Assembly (NCBI GenBank): GCA_963796685.1
Contig: CAWCMR010000025.1
Coordinates: 96,001-160,000, forward strand
Direction: 5' to 3'
DNA: 64,000 nt
From: an uncultured delta proteobacterium
GTDB taxonomy: Bacteria > Myxococcota_A > Polyangia > Fen-1088
A program made the position numbers and the translations under genes. How positions within the stretch are numbered: the stretch's first letter is position 1; each line of letters begins with the position of its first letter. Positions 29,079-38,893 of this stretch are shown here, in pieces. The notes beneath the pieces were generated by a model. That model did no database searches and was not told where the DNA came from. It saw nothing but the letters and a program-made list of their open reading frames with translations.

Positions 29079-29818
29079 CAGCTGTTCGCCTCCGCGGGAC
29101 GCAAGGCCACATCGGCTTCCTCGACGTCATCCATCGGGGTCCTGCTGCCGGTCGGCTTCTGCTTCGTCGCGACACCGTGCTTTGCCTTCATGACGGCAAG
29201 CACCTGATTGGTGAGCGCACCCGTGTTTTCCTCGATGTCATTGCATTTCTTCTGGAACAAGTTGTAGGCGATGACAGCGGGAATCGCGACCAAGATGCCG
29301 ACCGCGGTGGCGATGAGGGCCTCGGCGATGCCGCCCATGACATTGCCCATGCCGCCACCGCTGGCGGCCATGTTCGCCGAGGCAGCGCCCAGTTCCTTGA
29401 AGGCCGCGACGACGCCGAGCACGGTACCGAACAGACCCACGAAGGGCGAGTTGCTACCCAAGGTTCCCAGGAAGAGAAGCCCACTCTCGAAGATCTTGCG
29501 TCGCTGCCGAATCCCCTTTTGCACGATCTCGCTGACCGAGTCCGGCCCGTCGGCGTAGTAAGCAAGAGCATCGTGCAGAATTTGGGCCTCGACGGCTGGG
29601 TTCGTGGCCAGGCTCTTCTTCGCCGCCTCCGGATCGTGTGCGCGCAGCTGCTTGGCTAGGCCGTCCCCCACGGCAACGAGGTCGAGCTTGCGCTTGCGGA
29701 AGAACCACCAGCGTTCGATCACTACGCCCACGGAAATGACCGACAGGGCGAGCAAGAGATAGAGCACCGCCGTCGCGCCCGTCGAAGCAACAAGTACGAG
29801 TTTCTGCATTAACAGCAT
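29078..29818 (-). CDS. exbB: MotA/TolQ/ExbB proton channel protein
   Basis: LGTLGSNSPFVGLFGTVLG, GIAEALIATAVGILVAIPAVIAYN. Confidence 0.92.
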   Translation of the reverse strand: MLLMQKLVLVASTGATAVLYLLLALSVISVGVVIERWWFFRKRKLDLVAVGDGLAKQLRAHDPEAAKKSLATNPAVEAQILHDALAYYADGPDSVSEIVQKGIRQRRKIFESGLLFLGTLGSNSPFVGLFGTVLGVVAAFKELGAASANMAASGGGMGNVMGGIAEALIATAVGILVAIPAVIAYNLFQKKCNDIEENTGALTNQVLAVMKAKHGVATKQKPTGSRTPMDDVEEADVALRPAEANS

Positions 29819-29832
29819 AGGTCACCTTCCTT

Positions 29833-30761
29833 CTACAAATTGTAGTCAAAGACCAGCGCTTGCACTCCGGCGCCCTGGCCGTGCGGAAAGCGCGTGTCCG
29901 TATCCGTCGATTGTCCGAACGCTTGCAGGATGGGGGAATCAGACCCTTGGGAGAAGACCTGCACCCTCCAGCGTGCGGTCACCTCCGAGCACAGCGAGAA
30001 GGTGTCCACCCGAACGATGTATTGACCGTCGGGCGGTGGGATCGGAAAAATCACGTTCTCGTTGCGACGACCATCGATGACACACTGGCTGTTGGAGTCG
30101 TGGTCCAGGTAGCCATCGGCAATGGCCGCGTCGACGTCGTCCGGCGCAACCTTCGTTCCCACGGGAAGTCCCGAGGGTTTGCGCGACCAAATCTCGTTGA
30201 CCCCGGCATCGCCGGATGGCAGCACCACGTGAAGATCCAGATCGGCCTGCGTGTCCCAATCCAGACTGATGACCAGGGCACCGGTCGGGCGAACGTCTTT
30301 CAGGGTCAAGGGGTACTGTCTCGGGGGACCAACACTGCCATTCTTGTCGGTGGCGCGGACGATCAGGGTCAAGGCTCCCCCGTCGTTCGGGGGGGATCCA
30401 TCGAAAACGAAGCCGTGCACGAAAAGGTGAAGTCCGTTGGCGTGTTCTGGTCCACGTTCTCAACGGGCATGGCCCAGTGGCCGCTGTCGCCCAGCAGCCC
30501 GATCAATATTCCCGTCGAGCCTGGGCCCACGTCGCCTGAAAAGGACTTGCCGGATACCCCTGAAAACACATCATTGCTGCGCGTCGCGATGGTGTGGACC
30601 TCGGGCAGAGCGCCATGGTCGGCGGTATCGATGCTACCGGCAATGAACTGCGCGTTATCGATGCGCATGTAGGCGGTTTGTCCCGAGCTCGGGTTGCTCC
30701 CGGAACAGGCGCCGAACGGAAGGGTCGTCAACAAGGCGGTGAGCAGTGTCAGGGTACGCAT
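29833..30761 (-). CDS. Lipoprotein with C-terminal W...DLDLHV domain; split by a frameshift at a G7 run
   Basis: 30369-30761 (lipobox PFGAC) and 29833-30420 (LVISLDWDTQADLDLHV, YLDHDSN, ENV) join at 30389-30395. Confidence 0.7.
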
Positions 30762-32332
30762 TAAAAGACCGCCTCCGCACGCAAGGTGAACGCGTTGCTT
30801 GCCAGATTGGTGGGAAGACCGGATGGATCGCGACCGAAGTGGTTCCTGTTGATGTCGTATTGAAGCAGCAACCGGTTGGTCAGGCCCGCGATGGTCATCC
30901 GTGCCGCCACGGCCATCCCGAAGGTCGAAACTGCCTCGCTCGAAAGCAGGACTGTGGCGGCCTGACGATCGGTGCTGTCCTGGTCGGGGTCGTAGTAGTC
31001 ATAGCGAACGCCCGCCTGCACGTACCGACCCACGTCCTGGACCAAAGCCACGTAGTAGCCCCGCTCCCGCATGTCGCGCCCGAGCGGTCCGTAGGGATCT
31101 GCAATCAACAAGGCACGGTCTAGATTCTTGGCCCAGGCTATTTCGCCATAGAGGGTGGTATTGCCGAGGCTCGAAGTCCGAGCCGTGATGAGAATGTCGG
31201 CCCCCAGCGCGTTGCGGCTGAAGTTCTGCGAGGGCAGTCCCGAGCTGCCGGGAGAAGGAATGAGCTCGTTAGAATTGACGCGACCGTCCTCGTTCGTATC
31301 CTGCCAGGACACGGTGGGCTTGCTGGAGGAGGTGCCCTTGTGCAGGCCCTTTCCGGTCAGGGCCGAGAAGCCGGCCTGAAAATCGACGCCCGCACCGAGC
31401 GCCGAGGTCATGCCCAGTCGTCCGACGACGTCCTTCGCGGCGTTCGGGTCGCGCGCGGGAAAGGTGCTCTCACCCAGCGGCTCGCCGTTTTGCACCGCAA
31501 GCGCATAGCGGACGAATCGCCAACCTCCGGCGATCCGCGCCCCCAGGTCATATTCCCCGGGGAAAAGCGCCTTCTCCAAATTGCTTCGTTCGGCGAACAA
31601 CCGTTTGTAGTCGCTCTGCCCGATCTCGAAGCCAAAAGGGATCTTGAAGATCCCCACGGTGCCGGCAACGAGCGGAACCTCGTCGCCCGGAAGCTTGGCC
31701 GTCACCTCCACGTCCATCGGCCTGGCTTGCGGTCCATTGACGGTATTGGCGTCGAGCTCGGCAATCGCCGCCAGATAGCGCCGATCCACGCTGGCGCGCA
31801 ACCTCAGGCGCTTGATGGCAAATCGATTGTCGTTGAGGGGTGCGCCCGTCGACGTGTTGAGCTGGTCCTCCGAGCTCTGCCGCACGTACATATCGGCCTG
31901 CACGAAACCGGACAGGGTCAGGCCCTCGATGCCGGCAACGCTCGGATTCTTGTGCAGCGCAGCCTCCACGGCTGCGTCCACGGCGGCCTTGATGTCGTCC
32001 GCGGTCTTGGCATCGGCCTTTCGAGCCGCGGTCTCCTCGTTCAGCCGACGCTCCAAATCTTCGCGCAAGGCGGAGATTTGGTCCCTTTGTCTGGCGACCT
32101 GTTCCTCCAGCGCCGATGTCCTGTGTTCCTCCACCGCTTGCGGCACCTCGGCTTGAGGCGTCGGCACCTGGGCAGACTCTTCCGAATCCTGCCCAAGTGC
32201 CAATCGCGGTGCAAAGAGCATGATGGCCGTTCCGAGAAGCCCCGCTATCGCTGCCTTCTGGTAGTAGGGAGGGGTGGACCCGATCCTCGAGTAGGTAAGC
32301 CGGGCAGTCGTCGAACAGCCATCTCTATGCAC
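30761..32332 (-). CDS. OprO/OprP-like (phosphate-selective) porin with N-terminal coiled coil
   Basis: Coiled coil, then LSGFVQAD, FAIKRLRL, GIFKIPFGFE, ERS, DLG, DPNAAKDVVGR, GVRYDYYDP, C-terminal Phe. Confidence 0.7.
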   Translation of the reverse strand: MHRDGCSTTARLTYSRIGSTPPYYQKAAIAGLLGTAIMLFAPRLALGQDSEESAQVPTPQAEVPQAVEEHRTSALEEQVARQRDQISALREDLERRLNEETAARKADAKTADDIKAAVDAAVEAALHKNPSVAGIEGLTLSGFVQADMYVRQSSEDQLNTSTGAPLNDNRFAIKRLRLRASVDRRYLAAIAELDANTVNGPQARPMDVEVTAKLPGDEVPLVAGTVGIFKIPFGFEIGQSDYKRLFAERSNLEKALFPGEYDLGARIAGGWRFVRYALAVQNGEPLGESTFPARDPNAAKDVVGRLGMTSALGAGVDFQAGFSALTGKGLHKGTSSSKPTVSWQDTNEDGRVNSNELIPSPGSSGLPSQNFSRNALGADILITARTSSLGNTTLYGEIAWAKNLDRALLIADPYGPLGRDMRERGYYVALVQDVGRYVQAGVRYDYYDPDQDSTDRQAATVLLSSEAVSTFGMAVAARMTIAGLTNRLLLQYDINRNHFGRDPSGLPTNLASNAFTLRAEAVF

Positions 32333-32372
32333 CGTATTTGTCTTTCAATGAATGGTCTATTGGCTAATGGGT

Positions 32373-32894
32373 CTATTGGCTGCAGGTGGCATAGTCCGGC
32401 GGATTGGTGACCGGCGGAGCCTGCGCGACCACCGTGGCGGCCACCGGTCCATTGATGATTGCCAGGTTGCACTGATCGACGGTAAGTCCCGTGCAAATGT
32501 TGGTGGCAGTCGGTCCTGTTTCGCCGACCGAGCTATCGACCGCTGGGCCTACATCATGCATGGGCGCGTCGATGATCGACGCGTCGTGGGTTGTTGTGCC
32601 GCCCGCACCGCCACCGTCCAGTGAGCCGCCTGCGCCCCCGGTCGCCATGGGTACATCGGGAGAGCCACCGCCGCCATCCATGCCGATCACCCCGCCCGCG
32701 CCACCCGCGCCGGTCGTTCCTGCCACGCCGCCCATTCCGGCATCCATGCCCACGGTTCCGCCAGTGCCGACTGCTCCGCCCGTTCCCGGTCCGATGACCG
32801 GAGCATCGGGGCTTTTTCCACTATCGCTGCCACAGCCTATGCCGGCCGCGAATCCGAGTGCGAGTACGATGGTTGTAACTTTGAGTGAGTTCAT
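32373..32894 (-). CDS. Small Gly-rich lipoprotein (paralog of 22905-23273)
   Basis: Lipobox GIGC; C-terminal CTGLTVDQCNLAIING...PPDYATC. Confidence 0.75.
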   Translation of the reverse strand: MNSLKVTTIVLALGFAAGIGCGSDSGKSPDAPVIGPGTGGAVGTGGTVGMDAGMGGVAGTTGAGGAGGVIGMDGGGGSPDVPMATGGAGGSLDGGGAGGTTTHDASIIDAPMHDVGPAVDSSVGETGPTATNICTGLTVDQCNLAIINGPVAATVVAQAPPVTNPPDYATCSQ

Positions 32895-32917
32895 AGGTCA
32901 TTTCCTCCAGTTGGCGG

Positions 32918-34141
32918 CTACTCGCAATATCCGGTTTGACAGGTCTTCCCGCCCGTACATTGGGCGTTGGACGTACAGGGGGTGCAACCCGCTGGATCGG
33001 TCGTCAGCTTGTTCACGGTCTTGTCGAAGAAACAGCCGCAGGAAACCGGCGGCGTGTAGACGGAGAAGGGACCACCGTCAAAGGCGTTCACGACCTTCAT
33101 CGCGCAGGTGGGGACATCGCCAGCCAAAGTCACCGTTCTGATGTAGCCGACATTGCTGGTGTCGGTCGGATCGATGGGCACCACGCCGGTGATCCAATCC
33201 AGAACCTTCTTTGCAGTCGCCGAAGGCGCACCGTTGGTCAGCTGGCTGAACATGTGCACAGGACCTTGAATCATGTAGTGGCCATCGCGCACGTTCTTCT
33301 TGTCCACGGAGCTGGCGTCCGAGTCCGCGTAGTAGGCCTTGGTCTGGCCCTTGCCCTGGAAGGCAACTGAGTTCAGTGTGGCGCGCGCCGGATCATAGGC
33401 GTCTGCGGCAAGGATCCCGATAGCTGTCTGTGGATCTGCCACGGCTAGCAGCGACGTGACGAGGCCGCTGCCACCTGAGTTTTGCTTGCCCTTGAAGGCC
33501 GTCGGCGGAACGCCGATCGCCGCTGCGACCATCGTTTGCGTCCCCGATGTCGAGGTGCGCTGTTGAATCGCCGTCTCGTCTGTGAACGGTGTCTGGAGGC
33601 CCTTGGTCCCGCAACCCCAGATCGCCGCCGCCTGCTTGTAGGACAGGGCCGTTGTGGTCACGTTGGCCTCTGGTACGATGAGCAACATCGATTGTACCGG
33701 CCCGTGCCACTCGCCGACATTTGCAGGAAGTGCCGTTCCTCCAGTGCACGACTCGTAGAACACGTCCGAAATGCCGATGATCGGCTTGGTCCCCGTCGGA
33801 ATCGTGCAGGTATTGATCTTGACGCCATTCTTTTGTGTGGCATCGGCAACGTAGTAGTCGGCCGTTCCAGAAAGCACCTGCGTGCTATCTACGACGTCGG
33901 CAGCCCCGGTACACGACGAGGCTGGGGCGTAGATGAGCGACATCCCCTGCTTGGCAGTGATCTGCAGAGCAAGCTGAGCAATCGTAGGCTCGATTGCAGT
34001 GCTACCGGCCATGTACACAGGGTTGGGATTCACGGTGGCGTCGTCGCACGCGACGGTCTGCGCCGCCGCCGGCGTGGCGACCGCCAAGGCCATTCCAAGG
34101 CCAAGAGTCGCCGAGATTCTAAGGTGCTTTTCATGGGTCAT
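32918..34141 (-). CDS. Secreted PstS/PBP2-like binding protein with Cys-rich C-terminus; first gene of the porin/TonB operon
   Basis: Signal ending AAA-Q; MAGSTAIEP, IGISDV, QQRTSTSGTQ, GHYMIQGP; ends CTGGKTCQTGYCE. Confidence 0.75.
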   Translation of the reverse strand: MTHEKHLRISATLGLGMALAVATPAAAQTVACDDATVNPNPVYMAGSTAIEPTIAQLALQITAKQGMSLIYAPASSCTGAADVVDSTQVLSGTADYYVADATQKNGVKINTCTIPTGTKPIIGISDVFYESCTGGTALPANVGEWHGPVQSMLLIVPEANVTTTALSYKQAAAIWGCGTKGLQTPFTDETAIQQRTSTSGTQTMVAAAIGVPPTAFKGKQNSGGSGLVTSLLAVADPQTAIGILAADAYDPARATLNSVAFQGKGQTKAYYADSDASSVDKKNVRDGHYMIQGPVHMFSQLTNGAPSATAKKVLDWITGVVPIDPTDTSNVGYIRTVTLAGDVPTCAMKVVNAFDGGPFSVYTPPVSCGCFFDKTVNKLTTDPAGCTPCTSNAQCTGGKTCQTGYCE

Positions 34142-34226
34142 GGGATAGGGTCCTCCGTCATCGTTGACCGCATCGGATAGCTCCTAGCGGCGGGCAGAAC
34201 ATAAGCGATCAATCCGTTCTCCGTTT

Positions 34227-34264
34227 GCCAACACTGCGCAACGGAAGCGTTACAGAATTGCAAC
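34227..34264 (-). promoter_or_regulatory. Pho-box-like array upstream of the PBP/porin/TonB operon
   Basis: Minus strand GTTGC-N6-GTAAC-N6-GTTGC-N6-TTGGC, containing CTGTAAC. Confidence 0.65.
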
Positions 34265-34303
34265 ACCTGCGAATGTGGTTGCGTCGGTGGGGGCAGGAAG
34301 GCG

Positions 34304-34879
34304 CTACTGCAACCCTGCGGCCTCTGCGTGAACCTCGCCCCAACCGTAGTGCGCGGACACATCGCGCGATGCTGGTTCGGTTTGGCGCAAGGATTCGGCG
34401 GCCAGCAGACGGAGCTTGAGCCCGGCGCCCGTGGTCAGAAGCAGCAGATCGACCATGCGTGGCACGGCCGATAGAACCGCGCGACTGAAATCGAGGCTAT
34501 AGCGATCCATGTGCTCGACGCGGACGCCGCCGATCGTGATCGTGCAGCCCGAGTCTTCAAGCCCCACTTCTCGCGCCAACTGCATGATATCCGCGACCTC
34601 GCGCGAATGGCAGCACCCCGAGGCAACCACCGCGGCCGAGTGCCCGGTCACATCCACCACCGTACACGTGCCGGGCTCGGCCTCAGCGGTCAGCCCATCC
34701 ACGATAACCAACTGGTCGAGCTCCACCAACTGGTCGAGCAGATCGAGGCGAAGGCGGGATACCACCGCGACCTGGATATCCACGGGCAAAGGCTGCGCCT
34801 GCAAGACCCTTCCAATCCGAGCGCCGATGCCATCGTCCGAGATGTTCTCGTTTCCGACACAAACGATGAGTGTTCGCAT
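34304..34879 (-). CDS. Hydrogenase maturation protease family (HyaD/HybD-like) protein
   Basis: MRTLIVCVGNENISDDGIG, LVIVDG, PGT, conserved His (CCHS), FS.AV..AVP. Confidence 0.75.
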   Translation of the reverse strand: MRTLIVCVGNENISDDGIGARIGRVLQAQPLPVDIQVAVVSRLRLDLLDQLVELDQLVIVDGLTAEAEPGTCTVVDVTGHSAAVVASGCCHSREVADIMQLAREVGLEDSGCTITIGGVRVEHMDRYSLDFSRAVLSAVPRMVDLLLLTTGAGLKLRLLAAESLRQTEPASRDVSAHYGWGEVHAEAAGLQ

Positions 34880-34925
34880 GTCACTTGTTACACGATACTT
34901 TTCTCTCCCGTGGGGTGAGAAGGGT

Positions 34926-34988
34926 GTGACGTCTCGAAGACAATTGTGTGAACTGCGAAGGTTCACTCGAACGTAGCGGACTTGTGGC
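34926..34988. promoter_or_regulatory. Divergent pho-box-like arrays
   Basis: Minus strand TTCAC-N6-GTCTT-N6-GTCAC (34952 to 34926); plus strand TTCAC 34962, GTAGC 34973, GTGGC 34984. Confidence 0.45.
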
Positions 34989-35049
34989 ACATGTAACAAA
35001 CGACCGGGTCTAGTTTGCCTCCGTCATTTCGGACCAAAGGAGGCTCATC

Positions 35050-37947
35050 ATGATTCGACCCAGTTCCACGGTTAGCAATCTTCACTTCGCCGCCAGAATG
35101 ACCCTGGCTGCCCTTCTGGCCCTCTCGGCCTGCGGTGGCGGCCCCAGCCCAGCCGAGGTCGCAAGTGCGAGCGGCAGCGCCGACCTCAGCGTGCACGAGC
35201 TCGCCGCACTCCACGTCAGCAACGTCGTGGCCACGGTCAGCGGCCCGGCCTTGCCGACGCCCAAGACCATCGCGCTCTCCGCGCGTGGTAGCGCCGACAC
35301 CTGGGGCGCGCTCATCGGCGCCCTCCCAGTGGGAAGCAACTACGTCTTCACCGTCAGCGCCCTCGACGCGTCGAGCGTCCCCCAGTACGCGGGCTCGGCA
35401 AGCGGAATCGCCATCATGAAGGACCAAGTCACGACGGTCATCATCACGGCCCAGCAAACAACGGCTCCCGATCCCTTCCAGAACGCAGTGCCGGTCATCG
35501 ATTCCTTGGTCCTGTCGTCGACCAACGTCGTTCCCGGCGCCACCGTCTCGGCCAAAGCCGCCGCGCATGACCCCAACGCGGGCGATACCATCGCCTTCGC
35601 ATGGACGGCCAGCCCAGGGCCGAATGGTTTCACGCCGTCCGACACCGCAATGACCACCTGGACCGCGCCTGCCACCGAGGGAGACCAGACCGTGACCCTC
35701 ACCGTGACGGACAACCATGGCGCCGCGACATCCGCATCGGTCATCGTGCACGTCTCGGCCAGCAACAGCCGCGGCCAGGCCGACGTCAACGTCCGCTTCA
35801 ACAACTGGCCCGTGGTCACCGACCTTCTCGCTGCCCCAGGCTACCTCGTTGCCGGCTCGCCAACGGCCATCACGGTCACGGCGAGCGATGCGGACGGCGA
35901 TGCCTTGTCGTTCGCTTGGACCAGCTCCTGCGCCAGCGCCGTCTTCTCGGCCCAAGCCGCCGTCACCAGCGTCTCGCTTCCAGTCGGCGCTACGGACACC
36001 AGCTGCGATCTCGTCGTGACGGTCAGCGATGGCAAGGGCGGCTCGACCACCGGTCAGACGACCCTATCGGTTGGCATGCCCGTCTCCATCCAAGCCCCGT
36101 CCATCGTCGACAGCGCTCAGTCGGTGAGCGTGGTGGATGTCAACGGCACCGTGAATTTCTCTGTCGACGCGATGGATCCGCAGGGCAGCCCTCTCACGTT
36201 CGTCTGGGTGGCGGCCTCTGGCGTGCTCGCCAACCAGATCAATGGTGCTGGCTCGTCGAAAGTCGAGTGGACGGCGCCCTCTACGGAGAAGACCACGTTC
36301 ACAGTCTCGGTGATCGTGAGCAACGCGGTCGGCGGCAACGTCCAATTCGACTTCACGGTCTCGACCGCCGCTCTGGCGACCCTCTGCACACCGCCCGCTT
36401 CCACGGCCTGGAAGTTCGGTCTGATGTCGGATACGCAATGGACGACGACGGATCCGGCCCATCAGAACCCGACCACCGTCGCGGTGTCGATCATCGATCA
36501 GATCGATCCGCAGTTCATCGCGGCAGGCGTCAAGTTCGTCATCCAGGTGGGTGACCTCGCCGACACCGGCAACGACGCCGACGAGACCGTGCGCGCCCAG
36601 GCCGCCCAGGACCTGTACGACGCTGGCATCGGCTTCTTCCCGATGCGCGGCAACCACGAGACCTATGGCACGGGCAACCAGTTCTCCATCCCGGTGCTCA
36701 AGGCGCTCTACCCGCAGACCCGTGGTATCGGCAACACCTTCGGGGCCACCAACTTCAGTAGCCCGACCGACGTGAGCACCGAGCTCGATGGCATGAGCTA
36801 CTCGTTCGACTACAACAACGCGCGCTTCGTCATCGTCGATCCCTGGGAAACGCCGAGCCGCGACCTAAACACGGCGGGATACGACTTCGGCTACTCGGTC
36901 GCGGAGCAGCAGGCGTGGATCAGCAGCCGGCTCGACAAGGCCACGCGCGGCACCGACCATGCTTTCGTGATGACCCACCAGCCGCTCATCGCGGAGAACC
37001 ACCAGGACACCATGTTCCAGGGCTACACCGACGCGAACCCCGACATGCAGAACGCCTTCTTCGCCAGCATGCAGAACAACAACGTCAAGTACTTCTTCAG
37101 CGGCCATGACCACATCAACCAGCACTCGATCATCGCCAGCCCCGACGGACTGTCGAGCGTACACGAGATCATCGGGGCCTCGGACAGCAGCAAGTTCTAC
37201 ACGCCCAAGTCCCTCACGGATGCGAACTGGCACGGGCAGAAGGTGCGCGAGACCTCCGTCGCCCAGGAGGGCTACACGGTCGGTTACTACATCTTCACCG
37301 TGGATGGACCGAACGTGACGGTGGACTTCTACTCCGACAACCACGGCAACTGGCAGTCGGACGCCAGCTACCCACTCGGCAAGGACCGACCTGACACCAA
37401 CATTACGCCGGTCTTCACCTTCGTCAAGAAGCAGACCTTCGGCTACAGCCGGAACGGAGCCGAGTTCCTGGTTGCCCAGGGCGCTTCCTACCCCACCACG
37501 CCGCTTGCCTTCTCGGGCACCACGGCACAGTTCCTCGCCGGCAGCAACACCAGCACGGCGATGGACTACACGAGCCGCAAGCTCACCCACTCCGTGGACA
37601 TCGGTTGGGATGCCGCCACCTGCGCCACCTACAGCGCGATCATGACCCTATGGGGCACAGCGGACATCGGCAGCAGCAGCGGCGACACCCTCGCCCTGTC
37701 CATGTCGTTTGACCGCAGCCTGGTCAGCGATGCCACGTTGGTCAGCGGCAGCTTCGGCTTGGCCACGCAGGACGGCGCCGGCAACTGGACCAACGCCGTC
37801 GCGACGAACGTGGGCGGAACGCCGAGCTTCGTGCTCGGAGCCTGGGACGCGAGCTACGGCCTCGGCACCTTCGGTGTCGACCCGGCCACCAGCACCGCGT
37901 GGGCGGTCGTCAACCACGCCGGTCGCTTCGCCATCGCGCGCTTCTAA
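35050..37947 (+). CDS. Surface lipoprotein: Ig/PKD stalk + calcineurin-like metallophosphoesterase
   Basis: Lipobox LSAC; stalk module; all five metallophosphoesterase motifs present: SDTQ, GDLAD, GNHE, THQP, GHDH. Confidence 0.88.
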   Translation: MIRPSSTVSNLHFAARMTLAALLALSACGGGPSPAEVASASGSADLSVHELAALHVSNVVATVSGPALPTPKTIALSARGSADTWGALIGALPVGSNYVFTVSALDASSVPQYAGSASGIAIMKDQVTTVIITAQQTTAPDPFQNAVPVIDSLVLSSTNVVPGATVSAKAAAHDPNAGDTIAFAWTASPGPNGFTPSDTAMTTWTAPATEGDQTVTLTVTDNHGAATSASVIVHVSASNSRGQADVNVRFNNWPVVTDLLAAPGYLVAGSPTAITVTASDADGDALSFAWTSSCASAVFSAQAAVTSVSLPVGATDTSCDLVVTVSDGKGGSTTGQTTLSVGMPVSIQAPSIVDSAQSVSVVDVNGTVNFSVDAMDPQGSPLTFVWVAASGVLANQINGAGSSKVEWTAPSTEKTTFTVSVIVSNAVGGNVQFDFTVSTAALATLCTPPASTAWKFGLMSDTQWTTTDPAHQNPTTVAVSIIDQIDPQFIAAGVKFVIQVGDLADTGNDADETVRAQAAQDLYDAGIGFFPMRGNHETYGTGNQFSIPVLKALYPQTRGIGNTFGATNFSSPTDVSTELDGMSYSFDYNNARFVIVDPWETPSRDLNTAGYDFGYSVAEQQAWISSRLDKATRGTDHAFVMTHQPLIAENHQDTMFQGYTDANPDMQNAFFASMQNNNVKYFFSGHDHINQHSIIASPDGLSSVHEIIGASDSSKFYTPKSLTDANWHGQKVRETSVAQEGYTVGYYIFTVDGPNVTVDFYSDNHGNWQSDASYPLGKDRPDTNITPVFTFVKKQTFGYSRNGAEFLVAQGASYPTTPLAFSGTTAQFLAGSNTSTAMDYTSRKLTHSVDIGWDAATCATYSAIMTLWGTADIGSSSGDTLALSMSFDRSLVSDATLVSGSFGLATQDGAGNWTNAVATNVGGTPSFVLGAWDASYGLGTFGVDPATSTAWAVVNHAGRFAIARF

Positions 37948-37985
37948 TCGCAGCAGCAGCAGCAACCAATAGCTTAGCCGACCAA

Positions 37986-38031
37986 GCGGCCCTGGCGCCT
38001 TCGACCGGCCCCAGGGCCGCGCTCTTTTCCA
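37986..38031 (+). terminator. Rho-independent-like terminator, shared with 40772-40816
   Basis: GCGGCCCTGG...CCAGGGCCGC stem followed by CTCTTTT. Confidence 0.6.
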
Positions 38032-38776
38032 CTACCAATCGGCCAGCAACCCGTCCATTCGCCTCTCGTCGTAGCCGACCAACAAGCGTCCGCGCACGTC
38101 CAGCATGGGCACCCGGTCGGCCGTAATCCCGGAGCGAGAGGCCTTCTGCGCCAGCTCCTTGGCGGCGGAAGGATCTTTCTCGATATCCTTGGAGACGAAG
38201 GGAACGAGATTGGAAACCAGGTACCGGCGCGCCGAATTGCATGCCTTGCACCACGATGTTCTGTACAGGATCGCGATAGGCGGGTCGTTTTGCGCTCCCG
38301 CCTTCTCAGGTTCCTCGGCCAAGGGCGGGCCATGTGGACCTGCCAGCAGGCAGGAATCGCCCGGCGACAGGCTGTGCCAGTGCGCCAGTCTCGAAGTCCT
38401 CGCGCAACATCACCCGCGGCCGGGTTTTGCCCCTCGCGAGCAATTCGCCCACGTCGACGATCTCGACCTTCGCATTGTTCAGCCGCGGTGGTTCACCCTT
38501 GGTCCGCGCCATGATCCGCACCAGCCGTCGGGTCACTTCAGGCACCTTCTCGGCCTTCTCGGTGGTGGCAAACATACCGTTCGGTGCGACATAGGTGAAG
38601 AACAGCGATGATTCCAGGGTCACCTCGACGGGTGTCCTTTCGGTGCGAGATACGACGGGCCAAGGCGACGACGCTCCCTTCTTGCAAGCGCCGACAAGAA
38701 CGAGGATGGCGATGACAACGAGAAGCTCGAAAAGCCGGTCGATGAGGTCCCATGGTGCGCGGAAGTCTACGCACAT
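38032..38776 (-). CDS. Glutaredoxin-domain lipoprotein; split by a frameshift near 38371
   Basis: Lipobox LVGAC in 38306-38776; ILYRTSWCKAC...DIEKD...VPMLDVRG.LLVGY in 38032-38322; removing one C near 38371 gives LAQ-LSPGDSCLLAGPHGPPLAEE. Confidence 0.7.
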
Positions 38777-38893
38777 TTACGGCTGCGCGCCTCCACCTGG
38801 ACTGCAAATCGGTAGTGTTTCACAAGCGTGACACAGCCCTTTGCGCAGACTCGTAAACTGCACCCCGAATTCGTATTTCCACCGAGGTTTGAC

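Noticed and set aside
38817-38859. Pho-box-like array before 38894 (and a similar one at 10829-10855)
   Set aside because: Units are too degenerate or off-period to list with confidence.
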